Assembly: GCA_965217585.1 (NCBI GenBank)
Contig: OZ244561.1
Coordinates: 672,001 to 736,000 of the forward strand
DNA: 64,000 nucleotides
From: Candidatus Latescibacterota bacterium
GTDB lineage: Bacteria > Latescibacterota > UBA2968 > UBA8231
Reading direction: 5' to 3'
Shown piece by piece: positions 1 through 9,158 of the stretch (positions are counted from its first letter, which is position 1; each line of letters starts with the position of its first letter). Position numbers and translations under genes: made by a program. The notes beneath the pieces are model-generated. The model saw only the letters and a list, made by a program, of their open reading frames with translations, did no database searches and was not told the origin of the DNA.

Positions 1-242
1 AGGAACTTGAAACCCTCGCCGAAGGGCTAGATATCGAGGTGCGCTACGACGATTTCGAGGGTAGGGGTGGGCTTTGCCGCTACGGCGGTAGGTCCTACTT
101 GATCGTCAATCACGAACTCGATACCGAAGCCCGAGTGCATTTGTTATGCCGTGCCCTTTCGCGGCTACCTCTCGATGCGGTCTTTATTCGTCCCCAAGTG
201 CGGGAGCGGATCGAAAAATATAGCTCGCACGCAGCCGCCTAA
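1..242 (+). CDS. Conserved hypothetical protein, 5'-truncated by the window edge (ImmA/IrrE-like appearance, no HExxH)
   Basis: Frame is open from the window start (ELETLAEGLDIEVRYDDFEGRGGLCR...RPQVRERIE). Resembles a small conserved hypothetical family, from recall. Confidence 0.6.
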   Translation, partial: ELETLAEGLDIEVRYDDFEGRGGLCRYGGRSYLIVNHELDTEARVHLLCRALSRLPLDAVFIRPQVRERIEKYSSHAAA

Positions 243-339
243 GCACCTACACTCCAGCCACTGATCGCGCCCAGCTCCGAGACGGGACCGCGAACTTTCC
301 CGACAAAATTTCACTGCCCGCAGAACGGACTGCCCTTCC

Positions 340-368
340 TTGACAGTCCTTATTTCATGGCCTATTTT
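340..368 (+). promoter_or_regulatory. Sigma70-type promoter for rpmI-rplT
   Basis: TTGACA (340-345), 17 bp spacer, TATTTT (363-368). Confidence 0.65.
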
Positions 369-405
369 TTGCTCTCTTGCCCAAAATCAAGACAGAGGGA
401 CCATC

Positions 406-603
406 ATGCCCAAAATCAAGACGCATAAATCCTCGGCCAAGCGCATTAAGCAGCGCGGATCGGGCCGCCTGAAGCGCCGCAATGCCTATGCCACTCACCT
501 TTTGGGCGGTCGCTCGACCAAGCGCAAACGGGCTTTGCGCAAAAACAACCCCGTCTCGTCCGCAGACCTAGCCAATGTTCGCCGGGCCCTGAACCTCAAG
601 TAA
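406..603 (+). CDS. rpmI: 50S ribosomal protein L35
   Basis: MPKIKTHKSSAKRIK...HLL...KRKRALR, 65 aa from ATG 406, SD-like AGAGGGA upstream, precedes L20. Confidence 0.97.
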   Translation: MPKIKTHKSSAKRIKQRGSGRLKRRNAYATHLLGGRSTKRKRALRKNNPVSSADLANVRRALNLK

Positions 604-626
604 GCGAGTTTAACGGAGAATAATCC

Positions 627-980
627 ATGCCACGGGTAAATCACGCCGTAGCCACCAAAAAGCGAAAGAAGAAGGTACTCAAACAATCCAAGGGTTATTG
701 GGGCGCGCGCAGCCGCCTCTTCCGCACCGCTCAAGAAGCCGTTGACCGCGCTCAAGCCTACGCCTACCGCGACCGGCGCCAGCGCAAGCGGGACTTCCGC
801 CGCCTCTGGATTGTCCGCATCAATGCCGCCGCCCGCCGCAACGGCATGTCTTATAGCCAGCTCGTCCATGGGCTGGACCAAGCCGGCGTTGCAATCAACC
901 GCAAGGTCTTGGCCGATCTAGCCGTGCGCGATCCGGCCGCCTTTACCGCGGTAGTCGAACAAGCCCGGCCCCACGTCTAA
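627..980 (+). CDS. rplT: 50S ribosomal protein L20
   Basis: MPRV...[12 protein letters not shown]...[26 protein letters not shown] signature. Confidence 0.99.
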   Translation: MPRVNHAVATKKRKKKVLKQSKGYWGARSRLFRTAQEAVDRAQAYAYRDRRQRKRDFRRLWIVRINAAARRNGMSYSQLVHGLDQAGVAINRKVLADLAVRDPAAFTAVVEQARPHV

Positions 981-995
981 ATTTACACTCATCTG

Positions 996-1034
996 ACAAA
1001 AAGGGGTCGGCGACACACGCCGGGCCCTTTTTGT
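996..1034 (+). terminator. Intrinsic terminator (bidirectional-type hairpin) after rplT
   Basis: ACAAAAAGGGGTCGGCG-acaca-CGCCGGGCCCTTTTTGT. Confidence 0.75.
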
Positions 1035-1046
1035 TCTATTAGCTAT

Positions 1047-2057
1047 ATGTTAGAAGAAGTACGACAATTGGCGTCGGTGGCCGTAGAGGAAATCGAAGCC
1101 GCCCGAGACGGTAAGGCACTGGAGGCACTGCGAGTTCACCACCTCGGGCGCAAGAGCCGGCTGCGCCAGATCGCGCGGCAGATCGGCCACCTGCCCGCCG
1201 CCCAACGACCAGCACTAGGGGAGGCCACCGGTCGCGCCCAAAAGGCCATTCAGCAGGCTCTAGACGACAAGGCACTAGCCCTCCGACAGGTGGCCGAAAC
1301 GGATTCTGCTCTCGATGTAACGCTCCCGGGCCGACGGCCCCTCTTGGGCTGTGCCCACCCCCTGTCCCAGCTAACCGACGAATTGATCGGCATCTTCCAA
1401 GGCATGAGTTTCGACGTAGCCGACGGGCCGGAAGCCGAGGACGAGTACCACAACTTCGACGCCCTCAACACCCCGGCCGACCACCCCGCGCGCGACCTAC
1501 ACGACACCTTCTATCTAGAGGGAGGTGGACTCATGCGCACCCACACCTCCACGGTGCAGATCCGCGTCATGGAGCAAACGCCGCCGCCAGTGCGGATCAT
1601 CTCCTTGGGACGTTGCTACCGCAAGGAGACGGTCGATGCAACCCACCACTTCGCCTTCCACCAGATTGAGGGTCTGTATGTTGATCGCGGGGTCTCTTTC
1701 GCCGACTTGAAGGGCACTATTGAGGCCATGGGACGCCAGCTCATGGGCGCGGAGACCCAAGTGCGCTTTCGGCCTCACTTTTTTCCCTTTACCGAGCCAA
1801 GCGTGGAATACGATTTCACCTGCATCTGCAAGGGGCAACGCGCGAACTGCTCGATCTGCAAGGGAACGGGTTGGATCGAAATCGCCGGGGCCGGCATGGT
1901 CGATCCGGCCGTCTTTGCCGCGGTGGGCTACGACCCAGACGAATATACTGGCTTCGCCTTCGGCATGGGATTGGAGCGGATCGCCATGATCCGGCACGGC
2001 ATCGACGACGTGCGGCGCTTCCTCGACAATGACTTGCGTTTCACCCGGCAGTTCTGA
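1047..2057 (+). CDS. pheS: Phenylalanine--tRNA ligase alpha subunit
   Basis: HPARDLHDTFY, MRTHTS, FHQIEGL, FPFTEPS, GFAFGMGLERIAM motifs. Confidence 0.99.
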   Translation: MLEEVRQLASVAVEEIEAARDGKALEALRVHHLGRKSRLRQIARQIGHLPAAQRPALGEATGRAQKAIQQALDDKALALRQVAETDSALDVTLPGRRPLLGCAHPLSQLTDELIGIFQGMSFDVADGPEAEDEYHNFDALNTPADHPARDLHDTFYLEGGGLMRTHTSTVQIRVMEQTPPPVRIISLGRCYRKETVDATHHFAFHQIEGLYVDRGVSFADLKGTIEAMGRQLMGAETQVRFRPHFFPFTEPSVEYDFTCICKGQRANCSICKGTGWIEIAGAGMVDPAVFAAVGYDPDEYTGFAFGMGLERIAMIRHGIDDVRRFLDNDLRFTRQF

Positions 2058-2075
2058 GATTCTCGGCAACGCCTT

Positions 2076-4454
2076 ATGAAAATCACGTACAATTGGCTCA
2101 AGGAATACGTGGACTTCGCCTGGGATTGGCCCGAGCTAGCCGAGCGCCTGACCATGACGGGCTTGGCATTCGAGGGCATGGAGGATCTCGGCACGCGCTA
2201 CGAGGGCGTCGTCATCGGCCGTGTCAACTCCTGTTGCCCACATGAAAACGCCGATCGCTTGACTGTCTGCCAAGTCGATGTGGGGACCGGGGTCAACACC
2301 ATCGTCTGCGGAGCACCCAATGTCGCGTCCGGGCAAACCGTTGCCGTCGCCCTGCCCGGCACCGAGCTGCCCGGAGGCATGCTGATTAAAAAAGCCAAAA
2401 TTCGCGGCGTCGCATCCGAGGGCATGCTCTGTGCCGAAGACGAGCTCGGGCTGGGCGATAACCACGACGGCATTGTCGTGCTCGACGAGAACCTCCCGGT
2501 CGGCACCCCCTTTGCCGCAGCCACGGGGCTCGGCGACGTGGTCATCGACTTAGAGGTTACGCCCAACCGCCCGGACTGCCTGAGCCTCTTGGGCATTGCC
2601 CGCGAGGTCCACGCGCTCACCGGCAACCCCCTCCGTTTTCCCAACTTACAGGTGCCCGAAAGCGGACCGGCCACCGCGGCAGACGTGCAGATCAACATCG
2701 AAGCACCGGACGATTGCCCGCGCTACGTCGGCCGCGTCGTGCGCGGCGTCGAGGTTGGCCCCTCGCCCCAGTGGCTCCAGCGCCGACTCCAAGCCGTGGG
2801 TCAGCGCCCAATCAACAACATCGTCGATATCACCAACTACGTACTGCTGGAATTGGGGCATCCTCTGCACGCTTTCGATCTACACGCACTGGACCAGCGG
2901 CGCATCATCGTCCGCCGGGCGCGATCCGGCGAAACCTTGGATATCCTCGATGGCACCCAATGTACGCTCGATGAAGAGATGCTGGTCATCGCCGATGGGA
3001 CGCGGCCCCAAGCACTAGCCGGGGTCATGGGTGGGGCCCATTCCCAAGTATCGGCGGCCACCACTGACATTCTGCTCGAAAGCGCGTACTTCGCACCGTC
3101 GCGGGTGCGGCTAGCCCGGTCTCATCTAGGGCTTTTCACCGAGGCAGCCACGCGCTTTGAGCGCGGTGCCGATTGGGACGCCCCGGTGCGGGCGATTGAC
3201 CGCGCCGCTCGCCTAATCGCCGAGCTAGCCGGCGGCGCAGTCGCTCCAGATCCTTTGGACGTGTACCCCCGCCCCGGCCAACGTCGCCAAATCCCGCTCT
3301 GCGTTGATCGCACCAATCAGCTCTTGGCTACGGAGTTAGACTCTGCTGCTATCGTCCAGACTCTCGAGCGTCTCGGCTGCCGGGTCGAATCGGGCCGCCC
3401 CCTCGTGGTAACGGCCCCGAGCTTCCGCCCCGATCTAGTGCGCCCGGCCGACCTCCACGAGGAGGTCGGCCGCATCTACGGCTTCGACCGCATCGAGGGC
3501 CGCCAAGAGGCATCTGGGCCTTGGATCACTCAGCGCGACCCCGAGCCTACCTTTAGGCAGGTTGCTCGGCAACGGCTTTTGGGCCTGGGTTTGGACGAAG
3601 TCGTCAGCAATACGATCGTCGAATCCCGCTGGCTCGAGCTAGTCGGTGCCGCAGGCCAAGCCGCCCGCTTAGCCAACCCGCCGACCGAAACCCAAGACGC
3701 CTTGCGCACCACCTTGGTGCCGAGCCTCTTGGATGTTGCGTGTCGCAACTTCAACCAGCGGGCCGCGGGGGTGGCCATTTTCGAGCTGGGCAAGTGCTTT
3801 GTCGCCAGCGCGGAAAAGGGCACCAGGCCCGAGGAAAGCTGGCATCTCGCAGCCCTGTGGTCGGGCCGCGTCTCAGCGTCTCCCTATCAGGCCGACGCTC
3901 GCGAGGCCGACTTCTTCGACCTCAAGGGCTTGCTCGAAGCGCTAGTGGGCGAGGGGGACCTGCGCTTTACCCCCGCCGACCGCCCTGAATGCCGCTCGGG
4001 ACACGCGGCCTGCGTCTCCCTCGGTGGCCAGCCTCTCGGCTGGTTGGGCCAAGTTTCGGTCGGCTTGTGCGCAGCATTTGATTTAGAGCGTCAAGTACAT
4101 ATTTTTGAAATATCGTTCACCGCGCTAGTGCGCCATTGGCACGGTCGGGAGCGCTCGTTTTCCGCGCTCCCCAAATTTCCGCCGATCGAGCGCGACTTGG
4201 CCGTAGTCGTACGCGCGGACACTGCAACCGCCGAACTCATCGCCGCCATGAGAGATAGCGCGTCCCGCCTCGTCGAATCCATCGAGGTTTTTGACCTCTA
4301 TCAAGGGGATCAAATAGAAGCAGGCCACAAGAGCGTGGCTTTCACCATCCGTCTGCGCGACCGCGAGCAGACGTTGCAGGACGCTCAGGCCGACGCGGCG
4401 ATCTCCTCGATGCTCAAGAGCCTCGAAGCGCGGTTCGGCGCTCGTTTGCGCTAA
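2076..4454 (+). CDS. pheT: Phenylalanine--tRNA ligase beta subunit
   Basis: [32 protein letters not shown]-terminal FDX-ACB domain (RDLAVVV). Confidence 0.99.
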   Translation: MKITYNWLKEYVDFAWDWPELAERLTMTGLAFEGMEDLGTRYEGVVIGRVNSCCPHENADRLTVCQVDVGTGVNTIVCGAPNVASGQTVAVALPGTELPGGMLIKKAKIRGVASEGMLCAEDELGLGDNHDGIVVLDENLPVGTPFAAATGLGDVVIDLEVTPNRPDCLSLLGIAREVHALTGNPLRFPNLQVPESGPATAADVQINIEAPDDCPRYVGRVVRGVEVGPSPQWLQRRLQAVGQRPINNIVDITNYVLLELGHPLHAFDLHALDQRRIIVRRARSGETLDILDGTQCTLDEEMLVIADGTRPQALAGVMGGAHSQVSAATTDILLESAYFAPSRVRLARSHLGLFTEAATRFERGADWDAPVRAIDRAARLIAELAGGAVAPDPLDVYPRPGQRRQIPLCVDRTNQLLATELDSAAIVQTLERLGCRVESGRPLVVTAPSFRPDLVRPADLHEEVGRIYGFDRIEGRQEASGPWITQRDPEPTFRQVARQRLLGLGLDEVVSNTIVESRWLELVGAAGQAARLANPPTETQDALRTTLVPSLLDVACRNFNQRAAGVAIFELGKCFVASAEKGTRPEESWHLAALWSGRVSASPYQADAREADFFDLKGLLEALVGEGDLRFTPADRPECRSGHAACVSLGGQPLGWLGQVSVGLCAAFDLERQVHIFEISFTALVRHWHGRERSFSALPKFPPIERDLAVVVRADTATAELIAAMRDSASRLVESIEVFDLYQGDQIEAGHKSVAFTIRLRDREQTLQDAQADAAISSMLKSLEARFGARLR

Positions 4455-4488
4455 TCCCAACCTCAAAATCAGGAGTACAGCCGCCCCA

Positions 4489-4824
4489 ATGGATGTAAAC
4501 GAAAATTTTGAACGCCTTGAGCACCACATCAACCGCCTGACGGGAGTACTCGAATCGCTCCGCAAGGAAAACGACGAGTTGAATGGGCAGATCCAGAGCC
4601 TCAAAGAAAAAAATGACACCCTGCAGGTAGACATCCAGAGCCTCGAAGAAAAAATCAGCGTCGCCAGCAGTGAGAACGAACAGTTCAAAAAGGACAAAGA
4701 AGCGGTGAAAGGACGCATCGAACAGCTCCTCAGCCGCTTGGACCGCGCCGTCAGCAGCGAAAGCGAACAGCTCGAGCCGGTCGAAGCGGCCCACATAAAG
4801 GTCGAACAGGACAAAGACGTCTGA
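4489..4824 (+). CDS. Coiled-coil cell division protein, ZapB-like
   Basis: Heptad-rich 111 aa protein lying between pheT and zapA, the usual position for ZapB-like genes. Confidence 0.7.
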   Translation: MDVNENFERLEHHINRLTGVLESLRKENDELNGQIQSLKEKNDTLQVDIQSLEEKISVASSENEQFKKDKEAVKGRIEQLLSRLDRAVSSESEQLEPVEAAHIKVEQDKDV

Positions 4825-4838
4825 GAAAGGGGTCTAGT

Positions 4839-5153
4839 ATGTCGTCCCAAGTAGTGGTCAAAATATTCGACAAGCACTATACCCTAGGAGTCGACCAAGA
4901 TCACTCTGCCGAACACGTGCAAAAGCTCGCCGAGATGGTGGACGAGCGCATGCACGAGATCAAGCACGAGATCAAAGGCGGCTCCCCACTCCAAGTGGCC
5001 ATCTTGGCCAGTCTGAGCTTGGTGGAGGAACTCCTCTCCCTGCGGGAGGACTACGCTTCCGCCGAAGCCGATATCGCCCTGCGGACTTCTCAGCTCGCCA
5101 CCTCGCTTGGGCACCTTTTCGCCGAAGTAGAAGTTCCCCGTTCCGATAGCTGA
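4839..5153 (+). CDS. zapA: Cell division protein ZapA
   Basis: VVVKIFDKHYTL...LAEMVDERMHEI...VAILASLSLVEEL; pheT-zapA-rny synteny. Confidence 0.88.
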   Translation: MSSQVVVKIFDKHYTLGVDQDHSAEHVQKLAEMVDERMHEIKHEIKGGSPLQVAILASLSLVEELLSLREDYASAEADIALRTSQLATSLGHLFAEVEVPRSDS

Positions 5154-5233
5154 AAGCAGTATTCTGAGCCGGGTTCGCCCCGTGCTCTGGCCCGATGCCC
5201 GAAGGCGTCGAGACCGATGAGAAAGAGATACCT

Positions 5234-6808
5234 GTGTTTAATGGGTTTGACTATATAGTCCTAATCTGTTCTGCCTTCGCCTTTTTCGCCGGCGGCTGTC
5301 TCCTCGGCTGGCTAGGGAGCGAGCGGACGCGCAACAGCAGACTGAGCAGCACCCAAGCCACCGCCGATCAGATCGTCGCCCGCGCTCACCAAGAAGCCGA
5401 GGTTCTGAAAAAAAACGCCTTGCTCGAAGCGAGAGACGAATGGCACAGCGAGCGCGCCCCGTTGGAAAAGGAGCAAGAGACGCAGAGGCGCTCGCTGCGC
5501 GACCTCGCGGCCAAGCTGCTAGAGCGAGAACAGCAACTAGAGCGCAAAATAGACCTGCTCACGAGCAAGGAGCGCGAACAGCTCAAAAACGAGCAGGATC
5601 TCGACCACCGCGAGGCAGTCATAACTGCAGCCGAGACGCAAGCACAGGACCTCGTCCTCCAGCAGAGTCGGCGGCTGGAAGAGTTGGCCGGCATCAGCCA
5701 GCAAGAGGCCCGGCGCATACTCGTCGATCAGCTAGAGGAGGGCGCGCGCCAAGTCGCCGCTCGCAAAGTCCGCGAAATCAAGGACACCGCGATTGCCACA
5801 GCCAACCTAGAGGCCAAGGAAATTATCACCCGCGCCATCCAGCGCTTCGCCGGGGAGCTGACCGTCGAGAGCACGCTTTCGGTGCTGCCCATCCCCTTCG
5901 ACGACATGAAGGGGCGCATCATCGGTCGCGATGGTCGCAACATCCGCTCCTTTGAAATGATCACCGGCGTCGAAGTCATCGTCGATGATACCCCTGGCAT
6001 GGTCATGCTCTCGGGCTTTGATCCACTGCGCCGCGAGGTGGCCAAACATACCCTCGAAACGCTCATCCGCGACGGCCGCATCCACCCCGGACGCATCGAG
6101 GAAGTGTACGACAAAGCCCGCAGCACCGTCGAGGAGATGATCCGCGAGTCCGGCTCCAAAGCCGCCTTCGACCTCGGCATTCACGACTTGACTGAGCCGC
6201 TATTGGAAACTCTGGGCAAGCTCCGCTTCCGCACCAGCTACGGCCAAAACTTGCTGGTCCACAGCAAGGAAGTCGGGTTTTTGGCCGGCATGATGGCCGA
6301 GATACTCGACCTCGATATAGCGCTGGCCCGCCGCGCCGGTCTCTTGCACGACATAGGCAAGGCACAGGACTTCGAGTTGGGCAACGACCCAGCGCAAAGC
6401 AGCGCCGTCCTGGCCCGCAAGTGCGGCGAAAGTCCTGAAGTCGTGCAGATTATCGAAACCCACAGCAAGCACACGCCCTCGCGCTCGGCCATCGCCGTAC
6501 TAGTCGAAGCCGCCAACGAAATCTCCACCCACCGCCCAGGTGCCCGCAAAGAAAAAGTCGAGGAGTACATCCGCCGCTTGCACTACATCGAGGAGCTTGC
6601 GGCCGATTACGTGGGCGTGAAGCAAGCTTTTGCGCTGCAAAACGGCAAGGAGGTTCGGGTCTTAGTCGATAGCGGGGTGGTGGACGACACGTATGCCGAA
6701 CAACTCGCCGACGAAATCACCAGCAAGCTCGAGCAACAGCTCGAATACCCCGGGCAGTTGCGCGTCTGCATCATTCGCGAGATGCGCGCCGAGTCCTACG
6801 CGCGGTGA
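5234..6808 (+). CDS. rny: Ribonuclease Y (HD domain partly degenerate)
   Basis: N-terminal TM helix, coiled coil, KH domain (MKGRIIGRDGRNIR), RTSYGQN, LLHDIGK, YPGQ. Start uncertain (GTG 5234 or ATG 5195). Confidence 0.93.
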   Translation: MFNGFDYIVLICSAFAFFAGGCLLGWLGSERTRNSRLSSTQATADQIVARAHQEAEVLKKNALLEARDEWHSERAPLEKEQETQRRSLRDLAAKLLEREQQLERKIDLLTSKEREQLKNEQDLDHREAVITAAETQAQDLVLQQSRRLEELAGISQQEARRILVDQLEEGARQVAARKVREIKDTAIATANLEAKEIITRAIQRFAGELTVESTLSVLPIPFDDMKGRIIGRDGRNIRSFEMITGVEVIVDDTPGMVMLSGFDPLRREVAKHTLETLIRDGRIHPGRIEEVYDKARSTVEEMIRESGSKAAFDLGIHDLTEPLLETLGKLRFRTSYGQNLLVHSKEVGFLAGMMAEILDLDIALARRAGLLHDIGKAQDFELGNDPAQSSAVLARKCGESPEVVQIIETHSKHTPSRSAIAVLVEAANEISTHRPGARKEKVEEYIRRLHYIEELAADYVGVKQAFALQNGKEVRVLVDSGVVDDTYAEQLADEITSKLEQQLEYPGQLRVCIIREMRAESYAR

Positions 6809-7587
6809 ACATTCTTTTCGTCGCCGATATCTTTGCCCAGCCAGGTCGCCGGGTCGCCGCAGCCCTGATTCCCGAGTTAGTGCAAAAGCGCGAAGTCTCT
6901 CTGGTAATCGCCAACGGCGAAAATGCCGCCGGGGGGTTTGGCCTCACCGACCGCATCGCGGATAAGCTGCACAGCTATGGCACTGACATCATCACCAGCG
7001 GCAATCACATCTGGGATCGTCGCGAGTTCATCCCTTACCTAGACCAGTCAGACCGCGTCCTGCGCCCCTTCAACTATCCAAAAGACGCCCCCGGCACGGG
7101 TGCGGCCATCGTCACCGCACGCGGCGGCTCCCCAGTGGCCGTGCTCTGCCTCCAAGGGCGCACCGGTATGCCGACCATCGACTGCCCCTTCCGCACGGGC
7201 CGCGCCGAGGTCGAGCGCCTGCGTGCGGAGACACCCCTGATCTTTGTGGATTTCCACGCCGAAGCCACGGCCGAGAAAATGGCCATGGGCTTCCACCTCG
7301 ACGGGCTGGCCACCGCGGTCGTCGGCACCCACACCCATGTGCAAACCGCCGATGAGCGCATCCTGCCCAAAGGCACGGCGTACCTAACCGACGCCGGCAT
7401 GACCGGCACCCGCGAATCCGTGATTGGCGTGCGTCCCGAAATGGCCATCCAACGCTTCCTCACCCAAGTCCCCACCCGCTTCAAGCCCGCCGACGGCAAG
7501 GCGGTCCTCTGCGGCGTGCTCGTCGAGGCCGACGAAGCAAGCGGCCGGGCCACCCGGATCGAGCGGTTGCAGCTAGCTGAGCCTTGA
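6805..7587 (+). CDS. ymdB: YmdB/TIGR00282-family metallophosphoesterase
   Basis: ANGENAAGGFG, TSGNHIWD, DFHAEATAEK, GTHTHV, TDAGMTG; follows rny. Confidence 0.95.
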   Translation: MNILFVADIFAQPGRRVAAALIPELVQKREVSLVIANGENAAGGFGLTDRIADKLHSYGTDIITSGNHIWDRREFIPYLDQSDRVLRPFNYPKDAPGTGAAIVTARGGSPVAVLCLQGRTGMPTIDCPFRTGRAEVERLRAETPLIFVDFHAEATAEKMAMGFHLDGLATAVVGTHTHVQTADERILPKGTAYLTDAGMTGTRESVIGVRPEMAIQRFLTQVPTRFKPADGKAVLCGVLVEADEASGRATRIERLQLAEP

Positions 7588-7612
7588 CCTCGCCTCTTCA
7601 GCGGCCTATTCT
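7584..7612 (+). promoter_or_regulatory. Sigma70-type promoter for xseA-xseB-recN
   Basis: TTGACC (7584-7589), 17 bp spacer, TATTCT (7607-7612). Confidence 0.6.
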
Positions 7613-7616
7613 GGTG

Positions 7617-7641
7617 AATTAGGAATTGAGAATTCCTAATT
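7617..7641. promoter_or_regulatory. Perfect AT-rich inverted repeat, candidate operator
   Basis: AATTAGGAATT-gag-AATTCCTAATT at the predicted transcription start. Confidence 0.55.
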
Positions 7642-7669
7642 GATTCCTCGCTTCCCCAACCGGAGACCT

Positions 7670-8914
7670 ATGTCCTTTCGAGAGCCAGTCTTCTGGACCG
7701 ATGCCGAAGACGCAGCCCATCGGCCCTACTCGGTCTCCGAAATCACCAGCCAAGTCAAGGGCCTGCTCGAGGAGAACCTGCCCAAGTGCTGGGTCGAGGG
7801 TGAGATTTCTCAGTACAACCACCACAGCTCCGGCCACCGCTATTTCACGCTCAAAGACAACGCGAGCCAGCTAGGCGCAGTGATGTTCAAATGGAAGGCC
7901 AGCTCGCTCTCCTTCACCCCCCAACAGGGCATGCAGGTGTTGGTGTACGGATATATCTCCGTCTTCGAGCGAGGGGGGAAGTACCAACTCTACGCCGAGC
8001 AGATCAAACCCGCTGGTGTCGGCGAACTGGCCATCGCCTTCGAGCAGCTCAAAAACCGCCTAGCGGCTGAAGGGCTTTTCGCCGAAAACCGTAAACGGTC
8101 CCTGCCTCCCTATCCCCGCAAAATCGGCGTGGTGACCTCGCCGACCGGCGCGGCCATCCGCGACATCATCCAAGTCCTCGACCGCCGCGCCTCGGATATC
8201 GAGATCGTCCTCTGCCCCGCTCGGGTCCAAGGCGAGGGTGCCGCCGCTGAGATCGCCGAAGCCATCGCCAGCTTAAATCAGCTAGACGACATCGACGTGT
8301 TGATCATCGGCCGCGGCGGCGGCGCTCCAGAAGACCTCTGGCCCTTCAACGACGAATCCGTCGCCCGGGCCATCTACCAGTCGCCTCAGCCCGTCATCTC
8401 TGCCGTCGGCCACGAGATCGATTACACCATCGCCGACTACGTGGCCGACTGTCGCGCCCCGACTCCCTCGGCCGCGGCCGAAATGGTCGCCCGTGAACGC
8501 AGTGCTCTGCGCGAGCGAGTCGCCGAGCAACAAGGCCGCTTGCTAGCGGAAATGGAGCGCTACCTCAGCTCCTTAGAGGAGCGGTTGCGCCACTGCGGTC
8601 CAAGCCGTCTGCGCGCACGCCTCGACGACCGCTTGCAACAGCAAAACCTCTACCTCGACGAGCGGCGCCAAGCCCTCTCTACCGCTTTCGATTGGTTTTT
8701 GCACACTCGGGTCGAGACCCTAGCCAACGCCGCCACCCGCCTCGACGACCTCAGCCCGCTCACGAGCTTAGCACGCGGTTTTGCCCTAGTGGAACACGTC
8801 GCCAACAAACACCTCGTCCGCGACAGCAACGAGCTTCAGTCGGGCGACAAACTGCAACTGCGCTTTCGCCGCGGAGGCGCCATCTGCTGTGTGGAGGAGA
8901 AACTCGATGAGTGA
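7670..8914 (+). CDS. xseA: Exodeoxyribonuclease VII large subunit
   Basis: WVEGEIS, SGHRYFTLKD, VTSPTGAAIRD, GRGGG, SAVGHEID, APTPSAAAE. Confidence 0.97.
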   Translation: MSFREPVFWTDAEDAAHRPYSVSEITSQVKGLLEENLPKCWVEGEISQYNHHSSGHRYFTLKDNASQLGAVMFKWKASSLSFTPQQGMQVLVYGYISVFERGGKYQLYAEQIKPAGVGELAIAFEQLKNRLAAEGLFAENRKRSLPPYPRKIGVVTSPTGAAIRDIIQVLDRRASDIEIVLCPARVQGEGAAAEIAEAIASLNQLDDIDVLIIGRGGGAPEDLWPFNDESVARAIYQSPQPVISAVGHEIDYTIADYVADCRAPTPSAAAEMVARERSALRERVAEQQGRLLAEMERYLSSLEERLRHCGPSRLRARLDDRLQQQNLYLDERRQALSTAFDWFLHTRVETLANAATRLDDLSPLTSLARGFALVEHVANKHLVRDSNELQSGDKLQLRFRRGGAICCVEEKLDE

Positions 8915-9137
8915 ATCTTTTGAAGAATCCCTAGCCGTGCTCGAAGAGAGCGTCCAGCGGCTTGAAGCAGGCGACCTCAAGCTCGAAGAGGCCCTCGAAG
9001 TATTTGAAAAAGGCGTCGCCGCCTCGCGCGTCTGCGGCCAGTGGCTCGACCAGACCCGCGAGCGCGTCCAAGTTCTCACCACCGATGCCGAGGGCCAGTT
9101 CCGCCTCTCCTTTCTGGACGACGAAGACGACCAATAG
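8907..9137 (+). CDS. xseB: Exodeoxyribonuclease VII small subunit
   Basis: SFEESLAVLEESVQRLEAGDLKLEEALEVFEKGV; overlaps the end of xseA. Confidence 0.95.
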   Translation: MSESFEESLAVLEESVQRLEAGDLKLEEALEVFEKGVAASRVCGQWLDQTRERVQVLTTDAEGQFRLSFLDDEDDQ

Positions 9138-9158
9138 CCGCCCCTCGGCCTCGGCCCG

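Noticed and set aside
340-405. N-terminal extensions given by the ORF track for rpmI (also xseA, pgsA-like, DegT and HpcH genes)
   Set aside because: They overlap promoters or neighbouring genes; family-typical starts lie downstream.
5154-5233. Full 6S RNA or hammerhead ribozyme call
   Set aside because: Too short for 6S and lacking the CUGAUGA core; kept only as a low-score structured spacer.
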